From Patescibacteria group bacterium (lineage in GTDB: Bacteria > Patescibacteriota > Minisyncoccia > Phycocordibacterales > JAKAEA01), in contig JAZKCY010000001.1 of NCBI GenBank assembly GCA_040387855.1, forward strand, positions 189,857 through 253,856: 64,000 bases of DNA. The letters are read 5' to 3'. Below are positions 1 through 9,101 of the stretch, one piece after another (within the stretch, counting starts at the first letter, position 1; each line of letters opens with the position of its first letter). Both the position numbers and the translations under genes were made by a program. The notes under the pieces are model-generated. The model saw only the letters and a program-made list of their open reading frames with translations. It ran no database searches and was not told the origin of the DNA.

Positions 1-1
1 A

Positions 2-82
2 GGTATTCATACTGAAGCTATTTTAAATGAAGCACCAAAGCGTGAAGGTGATTACCTAAAAGTAAAAAAGATTCTCGGCTAA
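2..82 (+). CDS. gatC: C-terminal fragment of Asp/Glu-tRNA amidotransferase subunit C (5' truncated by the window edge)
   Basis: The frame ending in TAA at 80-82 translates to ...APKREGDYLKVKKILG, resembling the GatC C-terminus (APxxEDGxFKVPKI). It lies immediately upstream of gatA. Confidence 0.4.
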   Translation, partial: GIHTEAILNEAPKREGDYLKVKKILG

Positions 83-100
83 TTTCTGAATACTACCTCT

Positions 101-1534
101 ATGATCAATCTTAAAGACCTGACAATTAGAAAAGCACACGAAGCACTTGTGAAAGGCGATTTTACTGCAGTTGAATTAGCACAAGCCTACCTTTCAGAAA
201 TAGAAAAGAAAAATAAAGAACTTAATGCATTTCTTGAAGTATACTCGGATGTACTTACCCAAGCAGAAGCTGCAGATGCAAAGATAAAAGCAGGGAAGGC
301 AACACTTCTTACTGGAATTCCTATATCTATCAAAGATAATATTTTAATCAAAGGCAAGAAAGTTAGTTCAGCATCAAAGATGCTCGAGAATTATACTGGT
401 ACCTATGATGCAACTGTAATCACAAAATTAAAAGAAGAAGGTGCTGTATTTATTGGTCGCACAAACATGGATGAATTTGCCATGGGTGGCTCAACAGAGA
501 ACTCTGCGTTTGGAGTTGTAAAGAACCCTTACGACACAGCTCGAGTGCCTGGAGGCTCTTCTGGAGGTGCTGCAGCTGCTGTAGCTGCCGATATGTGTTT
601 GGTGTCACTTGGATCAGATACTGGTGGATCAATCCGACAACCAGCAAGTTATACAAATCTCGTTGGATTAAAACCAACATACGGTGCAGTATCTCGACAT
701 GGTCTTATGGCAATGACATCTTCATTTGACCAAATTGGTCCACTCACAAAAACTGTAGAAGATGCAGAAATTGTTTTTAATGCAATTAAAGGTAAAGATA
801 TAATGGATGCAACAAGTATCGATACTCCAACATCTACTGAATTAAGTGAAACAAAAGATAAAAAATATAAGATTGGAATTCCTTATGAGTTCTTAAAAGA
901 GGGAGTTGATGCTGATGTACTTCAAAACTTTAATGAATCTATAGATTTACTCAAAAAACATGGATGTGAAATTGTTGATATCTCACTCCCAAACATTCGC
1001 TATGCACTCGGTGTTTATTATATAATTGTACCAGCAGAGGTTTCTTCAAACCTCGCGCGATTTGATGGAGTGAAGTATGGACTTCATAAAGATGGGAAAG
1101 ATCTTTTGGAGGATTACTTACTTACTCGACAAGAAGGATTCGGTAAAGAAGTTCGACGGCGAATTATGCTTGGTACGTATGTGCTTTCATCAGGTTATTA
1201 TGATGCATATTATAATAAAGCAATGAAAGTGCGAGAATTACTCAAGCAAGATTTTGAAAAAGTATTTAGTAGTGTAGATGCAGTGCTTGTTCCTACATCA
1301 CCAATGCCTGCATTTAAGATCGGAGAAAAATCTGAAAATCCTCTTGCCATGTATCTTGCTGATATCTTTACCGTATCAGCAAATATCACATCGCTTCCAG
1401 CTATGTCAGTACCTGCCGGATTTGTAGAGAGAGAAGGAAAGCAGCTACCAGTCGGTATTCAGTTTACTGCACCATATGCAGAAGAGCCGACCCTCTTCGC
1501 ACTTGGGAAGTTGTTTGAAGGTCTTCGCTCATAA
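101..1534 (+). CDS. gatA: Glu-tRNA(Gln) amidotransferase subunit A (amidase signature family)
   Basis: 477 aa with the amidase signature GGSSGGAAAAVAA and Ser-cisSer-Lys context (GSDTGGSIRQPAS), co-linear with GatA. Confidence 0.9.
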   Translation: MINLKDLTIRKAHEALVKGDFTAVELAQAYLSEIEKKNKELNAFLEVYSDVLTQAEAADAKIKAGKATLLTGIPISIKDNILIKGKKVSSASKMLENYTGTYDATVITKLKEEGAVFIGRTNMDEFAMGGSTENSAFGVVKNPYDTARVPGGSSGGAAAAVAADMCLVSLGSDTGGSIRQPASYTNLVGLKPTYGAVSRHGLMAMTSSFDQIGPLTKTVEDAEIVFNAIKGKDIMDATSIDTPTSTELSETKDKKYKIGIPYEFLKEGVDADVLQNFNESIDLLKKHGCEIVDISLPNIRYALGVYYIIVPAEVSSNLARFDGVKYGLHKDGKDLLEDYLLTRQEGFGKEVRRRIMLGTYVLSSGYYDAYYNKAMKVRELLKQDFEKVFSSVDAVLVPTSPMPAFKIGEKSENPLAMYLADIFTVSANITSLPAMSVPAGFVEREGKQLPVGIQFTAPYAEEPTLFALGKLFEGLRS

Positions 1535-1539
1535 GCTAC

Positions 1540-2250
1540 ATGGCTGAAGAAAAAAAAGATTTTAAAGATAAAAAAGATGCACCTCCAAAGGAGGAGAAGC
1601 CTGCTCCAAAAGCAGATGCTGCAACTGATGCTACAGGAATTTTAATTCTGGTTATTCTTTTTATGGGAGTCTCTACAGCAGTGGGAGGCTTCTTTGCTAC
1701 ACGAGGTGGATTTAGTGTTGATGGTGTATTAAATTATTTTCTCAATTTAATACCTGATTATGTAATACTTTTCATTCGAAGACTTACTGCTTCATATATT
1801 ATTTTCGTAAACCTCCTTTCATTTATATTTGTAATTGGAATAGTTTACTCATTTATTAAATGGAGAAAGGTAGAAGACAAGTGGTATGCTGCTCTTTATC
1901 CTACACCCGTACCTATGGATGAAATTTCAGAAAAGAAAAATCAAAAATGGGAACGTATAGTCGCCCATATTTCATCAGACAATTCTAGTGATTGGAGATT
2001 GGCGATTCTTGAAGCAGATATAATGCTTGATGATTTATTGGATCATTTGGGATACGTAGGGGATACTATTGGAGATAAGCTTAAAAAGGCTGTACGAGGT
2101 GACTTTAAGACTATTGATCAAGCATGGGAAGCTCACAAAATTCGAAACGCTATAGCTCATGAAGGATCTGATTTTATTCTAACCCAACGTGATGCTCAAA
2201 GAATCATTGGTCTCTATGAAGATGTATTTCGTGAATTTGACTTTATCTAA
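1540..2250 (+). CDS. hypothetical membrane protein
   Basis: 236 aa with a K/D/P-rich N-terminus followed by hydrophobic segments; no recognisable catalytic motif. Confidence 0.5.
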   Translation: MAEEKKDFKDKKDAPPKEEKPAPKADAATDATGILILVILFMGVSTAVGGFFATRGGFSVDGVLNYFLNLIPDYVILFIRRLTASYIIFVNLLSFIFVIGIVYSFIKWRKVEDKWYAALYPTPVPMDEISEKKNQKWERIVAHISSDNSSDWRLAILEADIMLDDLLDHLGYVGDTIGDKLKKAVRGDFKTIDQAWEAHKIRNAIAHEGSDFILTQRDAQRIIGLYEDVFREFDFI

Positions 2251-2271
2251 TTTCTCATATATATTTTAAAC

Positions 2272-2340
2272 GCGGTTTGGTGGAACGGTACCACGGGAGG
2301 CTCATAACCTCCAAAACTCGGTTCAACTCCGAGAACCGCA
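2272..2340 (+). tRNA. tRNA with CAT anticodon (Met, initiator or Ile2-lysidine type); compact at 69 nt
   Basis: Cloverleaf by eye: acceptor GCGGTTT/GAACCGC, anticodon stem GGAGG/CCTCC, loop CTCATAA, T-arm CTCGG-TTCAACT-CCGAG. Short D arm. Confidence 0.55.
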
Positions 2341-2354
2341 ACAAGATTAACAAA

Positions 2355-2376
2355 GATACCCGAAAGGGTATTTTTG
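2355..2376 (+). terminator. intrinsic terminator-like hairpin
   Basis: ATACCCGAAAGGGTAT followed by TTTTT. Confidence 0.4.
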
Positions 2377-2432
2377 TTTGCTTAGTTTTACATATTGAAT
2401 ATTCGGGCATAGCATGGTAATCTAAATTTCAC

Positions 2433-2505
2433 GTCAGAGTAGCTCAGTTGGTAGAGCACAGGACTCATAAGCCTGGGGTCGTGGGTTCGATCCCCACCTC
2501 TGACA
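2433..2505 (+). tRNA. tRNA-Met (CAT)
   Basis: GTCAGAG acceptor, GCTCAGTTGGTAGAGC D-arm, loop CTCATAA, T-arm GTGGG-TTCGATC-CCCAC, 3' CTCTGAC-A. Confidence 0.75.
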
Positions 2506-2519
2506 CATTAAGTTTGCAT

Positions 2520-2830
2520 TAAGCGTACACTTGACCTAATCAGGCTCATCAGGTAGCATTCATCGTGGAGCGGTTTGACATTGGAGTCTACCGCGTTCTC
2601 GCATCACATCTCACTGAAGGACTGCTTCATGCAGTACGGGACTCACTCTCGGAAGGAAAGCTCCTACCCCCGCAAGGCCAACTCGCACGGCAAGAAGAAG
2701 CGCCGTGGGCCGCGCAGCCGCGACAACAAGGGGCAGCCCGTCACCACGTGGACTCGTCACCGGTAGAAGAACTTCGCCCGTAAGAGGAAGTACAGAGGCA
2801 TCGCCACGTTGTGGATGATCGCCTTTTTTT
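2520..2830. other. GC-rich (~60% GC) ~300 bp segment between tRNA-Met and tRNA-Asp; candidate structured ncRNA or foreign fragment
   Basis: Sharp compositional shift relative to ~35% GC flanks. It ends with GATCGCC followed by a T-run. Only TTG-started ORFs with low-complexity basic peptides are present. Confidence 0.25.
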
Positions 2831-2904
2831 ATATCAAAATTTCCGCCTAGATTTGCTGAATTCCTAAAAATCTGCTACATTTTACCCACATCCATTTTGG
2901 ATAT

Positions 2905-2978
2905 GCGGCCTTAGCTCAACTGGTTAGAGCACTCGCCTGTCACGTGAGAGGTTGCCGGTTCGAGTCCGGTAGGCCGCG
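2905..2978 (+). tRNA. tRNA-Asp (GTC)
   Basis: GCGGCCT acceptor, D-arm GCTCAACTGGTTAGAGC, anticodon stem CTCGC/GTGAG (one C-A mismatch), loop CTGTCAC, T-arm GCCGG-TTCGAGT-CCGGT, 3' AGGCCGC-G. Confidence 0.8.
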
Positions 2979-2996
2979 CAAAGAATAGTAAATTAG

Positions 2997-3025
2997 AAAT
3001 CCCCAGCATGAGCTGGGGATTTGTT
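2997..3025 (+). terminator. hairpin terminator after tRNA-Asp
   Basis: AAATCCCCAGC-ATG-AGCTGGGGATTT followed by a weak T-tract. Confidence 0.45.
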
Positions 3026-3254
3026 GTATAATTATCAAATGTATCAAAAGGTAACAAGAAATAAGTTTTTGTTTTCAGCAATGCCTGGTTATCTTATGAG
3101 TCTTTGTATGTTTTGTATTACTGGTAGTCTTTATAATAAAGATGAAGCTCCATCTGGGCCATTCATTATTGCTGTCGGATTATTTTTAATGTTTGTATCA
3201 ACATTTAGTTTTTATATATTTTCGCTCCATTCATATTTCTTTGATTAATACCCG

Positions 3255-4316
3255 ATGAAAAACATTTTCAATCGCTCATCACTAAATCCGATACTTCCTC
3301 CTACTAGTGAATGGTGGAAAGTGTATAATCCAGGTGCTGTCCTTGATGAGCAGGGAATTATCCATCTCTATCCACGAGTTGTAAAAAAAGAAGAAGATTG
3401 GCATTCTCGAATTGCTCATGCAACTTCAACAGATGGTGAGCATTTTACATGGGATTCTAATCTCATACTTGAGCGTGAGAATTCATTTGAAAAGAGGGGA
3501 CTTGAAGATCCACGTGTTGTAGAAATAGATAGTACCTACTACATGGCGTATGCGGCCTATGATGGAAAACATGTGCAATTACATACTGCGATTGCTACTA
3601 ATCCATATGGACCATGGCAGCGACAAGGCGAAGCCTTACCGGGATTTAATTTTTTTGCACATGGAGCAAAGATGGTGAAATGGGAACATGGAAAGCCTGT
3701 TGAAAAAACAGTAACAAAGAGAGGTGAGTATTGGTCAAAGTCAGGCACCTATTTTCCTCAGAAAATTAACGATGAGTATGTAATGCTCTTTGGTGAATAT
3801 TATATGTGGCTTGCAACATCACAAGATGGCATTACCTTTCACTCAGATGAAAAGCCATTTATTACTCCACGTAAAGGTACTAAGTATTTTGATAACACAT
3901 TTATAGAGACTGGTCCTCAGCCAATCCTCACAGAAAAGGGATGGCTAGTTTTGTATCACGGTATTGATGAAGCATTTCGTTATCAGCTTGGATTCATGAT
4001 TTTGGATAAAGACAATCCTCGAAATATTTTGTATAGATCAGATGAATCTATTTTTGGACCTCAAGAAGACTATGAAGTTGGAGATGCTCTTATTGATGTA
4101 ATCCCCGGCGGAGTGGATGCAATGAGTACCATGGATGATAATGAGCTCAAATCATTTTATAAAAAAGCACGTGATGAAAATATTATGCCTCAGGTTACTT
4201 TTTGTCCTGGAATTATAGTGCAGGATGGAATTGTGAGAATTTATTATGGAGCCGGGGACACTTCTATATGTACTGCATGGGCACGTCTTGAAGATATTTT
4301 GAAATTAGTTGCGTAA
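3255..4316 (+). CDS. GH130/DUF377-type glycosidase or phosphorylase (5-bladed beta-propeller family)
   Basis: 353 aa with LEDPRVV and STDGxHF motifs and an overall DUF377-like pattern. Confidence 0.6.
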   Translation: MKNIFNRSSLNPILPPTSEWWKVYNPGAVLDEQGIIHLYPRVVKKEEDWHSRIAHATSTDGEHFTWDSNLILERENSFEKRGLEDPRVVEIDSTYYMAYAAYDGKHVQLHTAIATNPYGPWQRQGEALPGFNFFAHGAKMVKWEHGKPVEKTVTKRGEYWSKSGTYFPQKINDEYVMLFGEYYMWLATSQDGITFHSDEKPFITPRKGTKYFDNTFIETGPQPILTEKGWLVLYHGIDEAFRYQLGFMILDKDNPRNILYRSDESIFGPQEDYEVGDALIDVIPGGVDAMSTMDDNELKSFYKKARDENIMPQVTFCPGIIVQDGIVRIYYGAGDTSICTAWARLEDILKLVA

Positions 4317-4327
4317 GTTTACTTGTA

Positions 4328-5161
4328 TTACTCTCTAATTCGCTTTGAGAACTCAGGATCGTCTGCAAATTTTAATGCACGTTCATTAATTAAATATTTT
4401 TCGCGTGCTTGTTCTATTGGTAGGTCTGTATCAAGCAACCCTAATTTGTAAGCCAACTTATCCGAAAATCCGGGCATAACAAATGCAAAGCTAAAGGGAA
4501 CTTTGTTGGGAGTAATTGCATTTACATGTTCAACAATATTGGTCGTGCAATTACTTGTAATACTATTGTAAAACTCAGGTTTGTCTTTCAATGTATTAAC
4601 TCTAGTAATAATACTCATAAATAAATCTTGAGCCTTTGCTTGTGTCGTTTTTACTGGATACACATAAACCTGATCTTTTCTATAATTGGATCGTAGTTTT
4701 ACTGCATCACGTTCATCAGCTAAAACGTACATGAGTTCATAACTATTAAAGAGGCCTTTGAATGCAGAAAATTTTTCACCTTGCTCTTTTCTGATTTCTA
4801 CAGATACCGCCAAAAATTGATCGTTCTCAAATTCAAAGCTTAAGAACGTATGGGCTGAGCCAACAAATCCAGAAAATGGTTCTACTATATAATAGACTTT
4901 TTTAAGTTTATTTAGATCAAAAGTTTTATCATAATAATTTGGTGTATAGCTTGTAGTAGATGCATAGGTAAAGTTTCTAATATTATGAACTGAGATAAGA
5001 TTCTCGCGTATTTCTGCATAGGGAAGCACAGCTTGATCAGCATTCCAATTGCGATCGTTTGAAGGTTCCGTGGACCAGTTTACAATAGCAGACACAAGGA
5101 TAATGCTGCTTATACTAATGAGAGCAGAGTACAAAACAATTGAGCGTAGTGTTTTTAACAT
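4328..5161 (-). CDS. hypothetical membrane-anchored protein (DUF4105-like)
   Basis: 277 aa with an N-terminal TM or signal anchor; no catalytic motif recognised. Confidence 0.45.
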   Translation of the reverse strand: MLKTLRSIVLYSALISISSIILVSAIVNWSTEPSNDRNWNADQAVLPYAEIRENLISVHNIRNFTYASTTSYTPNYYDKTFDLNKLKKVYYIVEPFSGFVGSAHTFLSFEFENDQFLAVSVEIRKEQGEKFSAFKGLFNSYELMYVLADERDAVKLRSNYRKDQVYVYPVKTTQAKAQDLFMSIITRVNTLKDKPEFYNSITSNCTTNIVEHVNAITPNKVPFSFAFVMPGFSDKLAYKLGLLDTDLPIEQAREKYLINERALKFADDPEFSKRIRE

Positions 5162-5183
5162 AGATGAGTATAAATAGTATACA

Positions 5184-5786
5184 TTATTTATACATGCATA
5201 CGGTAAAGTCGTGGGGAAGGTAATCTACCATAATATGAACATTGTCAGAGAGCGTTTTACAAAAATCTGAAATCTCATGAGGAGAATATGCCGCATACGT
5301 AGCATCATTGCGATGGGTGGCACTATTAAGCATATTGAATATGAGAGCCTCAGATGAGAGTTCGTACATTCTTTTGATCATGTCTTTATAATACGTATCA
5401 TTGTGTTCAACTTTAAAATTAAGGGATCCAGATGCGAGAACAACATCATATTTTTCTGTCACATCAAAAATGTCTTGAGTTAAAAATGTAGCCCCTGGAT
5501 ATTTTATCTTAGCTTCTTCTATAAACTCAGGAATGATATCTATGCCTGTATATTCAACAGGAATAGTTTTATTTTTTAAAAATAAATAAAGATCGCCAAG
5601 TCCACAGCCTACATCTAGTATCTTTTTATTTCGTAGATCAATGCTTTGTGCAAATACTTCGAAGCGGATATTTTGTGTGTGTGAATCCATCCATTGAACA
5701 CTGCGGGCATCGTTGGCGCCATACTCTTTTAGAGCATCTACATAAAAATCAGAGATTCTTTTTTGATCGGTAGGTGATAAATGCAT
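5184..5786 (-). CDS. class I SAM-dependent methyltransferase
   Basis: Motif I ILDVGCGLGDL followed by an acidic motif II region. Confidence 0.7.
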   Translation of the reverse strand: MHLSPTDQKRISDFYVDALKEYGANDARSVQWMDSHTQNIRFEVFAQSIDLRNKKILDVGCGLGDLYLFLKNKTIPVEYTGIDIIPEFIEEAKIKYPGATFLTQDIFDVTEKYDVVLASGSLNFKVEHNDTYYKDMIKRMYELSSEALIFNMLNSATHRNDATYAAYSPHEISDFCKTLSDNVHIMVDYLPHDFTVCMYK

Positions 5787-5831
5787 GAGACTATACTAAC
5801 ACACTTTTTGTGGTATAATAGATGAGTTACT

Positions 5832-6422
5832 ATGCACTCAATAATACTTCAGTATGTAGAAGCCTGGCCACCGCTCGGGTATGCAATTATAGGTTTGGGA
5901 ATGGCTATAGATGGCGAGCCTTTCCTATTTGCAGCAGCATTTTTACTCTATCAAGGAATTTTAGATTTCATTCCAACACTTTTGGTTGTATTTTCAATGA
6001 CTATTATTGGAGACATTGGTTGGTTTTATTTAGGTAAGCAATTTAATCGACTTCCACGCCCTATAAAGATTTGGATAGAACGATTGGCTGGCCCGTTTGA
6101 TCATTTCCTAGAATTTCATCCAGCAAAACTCATGGGGATTTCAAAGTTTGCATATGGTATCCATCATGCATTGTGGGCACGAGCAGGAGCACTCAATTTA
6201 GATCTTAAAAAATTAATTAAAATAGATATTGTTGCTACAATCGTATGGATTGGAATAGCTGGGGGACTGTCATATATATTTAGTGCTTCATTTGATAAAG
6301 TCACACGATATATTGGTTACTTAGAAATAGGGCTGCTTATTAGTCTTATTATTTTTGTCTATTTTCAGCAAAAGATAGGTAAATTTATTACTCGAAAAAT
6401 GAATGATGTAAATAAAGTGTAG
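5832..6422 (+). CDS. DedA/SNARE-associated family membrane protein
   Basis: 196 aa, multi-TM, with a DedA-like G-rich N-terminal segment. Confidence 0.45.
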   Translation: MHSIILQYVEAWPPLGYAIIGLGMAIDGEPFLFAAAFLLYQGILDFIPTLLVVFSMTIIGDIGWFYLGKQFNRLPRPIKIWIERLAGPFDHFLEFHPAKLMGISKFAYGIHHALWARAGALNLDLKKLIKIDIVATIVWIGIAGGLSYIFSASFDKVTRYIGYLEIGLLISLIIFVYFQQKIGKFITRKMNDVNKV

Positions 6423-6484
6423 CTTTGTTCATACTTTGCAAAAAGTACTAAAATCTTCTAGTATGTAACAACTGTTCTGTATAT

Positions 6485-6522
6485 GCCGTTGTAGCTCAGT
6501 TGGTAGAGCACGTCATTGGTAA
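6485..6522 (+). repeat. duplicated 5' half of tRNA-Thr(GGT) (acceptor, D-arm, anticodon stem and loop) with no 3' half
   Basis: 38 nt GCCGTTGTAGCTCAGTTGGTAGAGCACGTCATTGGTAA, identical to 6645-6682, followed by unrelated sequence. Confidence 0.6.
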
Positions 6523-6644
6523 GAAATAGGTCTACCATGATAAACTCATACACGTTGAGTATAAAGGGTAAATTTTGAAAGTTAGGTTGAGGGAGACCAC
6601 CTCTTGTAGAAAACAGGTCATCGGTTAAGTTCGTTAAAATACAT

Positions 6645-6912
6645 GCCGTTGTAGCTCAGTTGGTAGAGCACGTCATTGGTAAACAAAAATTGCCCTTCAT
6701 TTTGGAAACGAAATGATGAAGCCCGAATTACGGTTAATATCCATTTATATGGACAAGACCGTGGCGAGAAATCGCCCGAACGACTGACAAGGGGCGCTAA
6801 ACCGAAAAGGTATGCGCAAGATACAGTCTAATCCTTCTATAAGCCTTCTGGGGCGAAATTAAGGTATTAATGAATGACGAGGTCGACGGTTCAATCCCGT
6901 CCAACGGCTCCA
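6645..6912 (+). tRNA. tRNA-Thr (GGT) interrupted in the anticodon loop by a ~192 nt intron; CCA encoded
   Basis: The 5' exon is GCCGTTG...CGTCATTGGT(AA). The 3' exon is (AA)TGACGAGGTC-GACGG-TTCAATC-CCGTC-CAACGGC-T-CCA. Together they make a canonical cloverleaf with anticodon GGT. Confidence 0.75.
6681..6872 (+). ncRNA. group I-like self-splicing intron in the tRNA-Thr anticodon loop
   Basis: The exon ends in T and the intron ends in G (omega G). AAGATACAGTCT matches the group I S element consensus AAGAUAUAGUCY, and an upstream GACTG pairs with the CAGTC inside it (P7). Confidence 0.55.
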
Positions 6913-6955
6913 CTAAAAATAAAAACACTGCATAAGATATGTAGTGTTTTTATTT

Positions 6956-7852
6956 ATGAAAGATATAAAGATTTTGGCTCAAAAGTTTTATGATTATTCT
7001 ATTTATATTAGAGGATATTCACCAGAAACAGTAAAAAGGTATAGGCAGATTATTAACTTCTATTGTAGATTTTCCCAGATTACAAATATTGAGCAAGTTA
7101 GTGAAAAGAGTATTCAGGAACTCTTCTTATATGGCAGGACTCAAAGACAATGGCGGACAAATACCCACATTGTTTTTCATATTTCTCTAAATGTATTTTT
7201 CAGATGGTGTATTCAAGGTGGATATATAAAAATAAATCCAACAGAAAATATGGAGGTCCCTAAAGTTGAAAAGAGATTACCGCCCAAACTGACAAAACAA
7301 GATACATTAAAATTACTTGAGGTTGTCTATAATTATCCCTACGATTATAGGTATCTTAAGTATCGTAACCACGCAATATTTTCTACATTTATTTTTGCAG
7401 GACTACGTAAAAAAGAATTATTAGAATTGAAACTCTCTGATGTAGATATAGAAAATCTTACTATCTTTATCCGCCAAGGTAAGGGAAACAAAGATAGGGT
7501 GGTACCAATGACGTATACATTGGCCCAGACTCTTAAGGTATATATGAGTGAACGAAAAAGGCTGAATAAAACATGTCCACATTTCTTTGCATCCCTTAAC
7601 CGTAATATCGGGTTTACAAACATTGGATTAAGGAGATTGGTAAACAAAATCTGTATAGCTTCAGATATAAAGTTTACTATTCATAAGCTTAGACATACGT
7701 TTGCTACTCTTATGCTAGAAGGAGGTTGTGATATTTATAGTTTATCCAAGATGATGGGCCATAGTGACATCAAGACTACAACCATCTATCTCGCTGCAAG
7801 TGCTGAGCATTTGAGAATCCAAATAAGGAAACATCCCTTGAATAATTTATGA
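6956..7852 (+). CDS. tyrosine site-specific integrase/recombinase
   Basis: Catalytic-domain motifs HKLRHTFAT and GHSDIKTTTIYL (R..HxxR..Y) are present. It is adjacent to the tRNA attachment site. A GTG at 6944 lies inside the tRNA terminator hairpin, so the ATG at 6956 is preferred. Confidence 0.85.
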   Translation: MKDIKILAQKFYDYSIYIRGYSPETVKRYRQIINFYCRFSQITNIEQVSEKSIQELFLYGRTQRQWRTNTHIVFHISLNVFFRWCIQGGYIKINPTENMEVPKVEKRLPPKLTKQDTLKLLEVVYNYPYDYRYLKYRNHAIFSTFIFAGLRKKELLELKLSDVDIENLTIFIRQGKGNKDRVVPMTYTLAQTLKVYMSERKRLNKTCPHFFASLNRNIGFTNIGLRRLVNKICIASDIKFTIHKLRHTFATLMLEGGCDIYSLSKMMGHSDIKTTTIYLAASAEHLRIQIRKHPLNNL

Positions 7853-8046
7853 AATCATTGAGCAATTTTATTATTATGTAAAAATGTGTTATCGTTTCCG
7901 TCTTTAGTAATGAATTAAAAGAACTTGTTTTTAAGTCGGGCATTCTGTATACTATAAATGATTATATGGATCAGCTCTCTAATTCAAGTGTAGTAAATAT
8001 TTAGCCAAGATATAATTGGTGGGCTTTTTACTTTAGTTGTAATTTT

Positions 8047-8923
8047 ATGAAAAAATTCATTCAAAAAATATTGACAGGTACTAGATCATCTCAAAATGCT
8101 GATTTGCTTAATGAGTTTATTCAAACACAACAAGATATAAAGAAATTACCTGCCTTTTCTAACTTAGAAAAAGTTCAATTTGATCAAGATGTATCAATCG
8201 GTCATCTTTATTATTCAAGCAAAATAGAAGGTACCCATCTTGATGAAAAACGATTGAATCAAGCAATTCATGCAAAAAGAGTTTGAAAGAGCAACAGGAA
8301 AGACCGATTTGGAAAACAGAGAAGCATCTGGCTTTTGGAAAGCAATTACTTTGTCAAATGATATAGGTCAAGGGGATCAAGAAATTAATCTCGAAGTAAT
8401 TTTAAGTCTCAATCGATGTATTTTAGAGCATGCTATACCAGAAGCAGCTGGAAAACTAAGAGTAACTGGGGAGGATATACTTCCCCTTGAATGTGTAGAG
8501 CCTCCACCTGGATCTATGGTTAGAGAGAAAATGTATCAGTTTGAGAAAGATTTAAAACACAAAATTTACATAGTTCCTTTAAGGTGCCCTAAGCCAAATA
8601 ATCCTAAACACTATAAAAAGTGGGTAGATAGTGTTTTTGACCTTGCAGCATGGGTTCAGCATAGCTTAGTAGCAATACATCCCTTTTCAGAAGGGAATGG
8701 AAGGACTGCACGTCTTATGACTAATATTATTCTCAGAAGATACAATTTTCCTCCAACAGATGTGAAAATTGAATCTGATGACAAAGCAAAATATTTAAAT
8801 GCATTATGTCAAATTGATATGTATACTGATTATAAACCGTTAAAAGATCTGATACTAAAAGGTGCCCTGGCTACATTGCAAAAAGAAAGAGACATGAAAA
8901 GAAGAAAGCAAGCAGGTCAATAA
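8047..8923 (+). pseudogene. Fic/Doc-family protein split by a frameshift in an A5 run (two ORFs, 8047-8286 and 8270-8923)
   Basis: ORF1 carries the Fic N-terminal SSKIEGTHL motif and ORF2 the core HPFSEGNGRTARL. The two frames overlap at CATGCAAAAAGAG. Confidence 0.6.
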
Positions 8924-9101
8924 TTCATGATACCTTATTTTGGGTCGACGTAAGATTCAAGCTTATCTCGACGTCTAAGCTTGTAGTTATGTTGGTTTTA
9001 AAATAGTGTTAGAAATATGGATGTGTGTTACAATCTCTACTATTCTACATACAAATATAAGTACAGTAGCGATTGGAAAAAATTAAAGGTAAAATCAAAA
9101 T

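Noticed and set aside
2565-2783. Two overlapping ORFs (72 and 63 aa) inside the GC-rich segment between tRNAs
   Set aside because: One starts at TTG, and both encode low-complexity, Arg/Pro/Gly-rich peptides that follow the GC skew. There is no RBS or conserved domain. More likely a structured RNA or foreign fragment than coding sequence.
2520-2830. Specific assignment of the GC-rich segment as RNase P RNA
   Set aside because: Only a weak GGAAAG-CUCC resemblance to the P4 5' strand. The P4 3' strand and other universally conserved RNase P motifs could not be found by eye, and the ~300 nt length is short. It is kept as a generic ncRNA candidate in the findings.
3021-3248. A 75-aa ORF between the tRNA-Asp terminator and the GH130 gene
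   Set aside because: Low-complexity F/Y/L-rich translation in AT-rich intergenic sequence, with no RBS or motif. Probably non-coding, possibly the GH130 promoter region.
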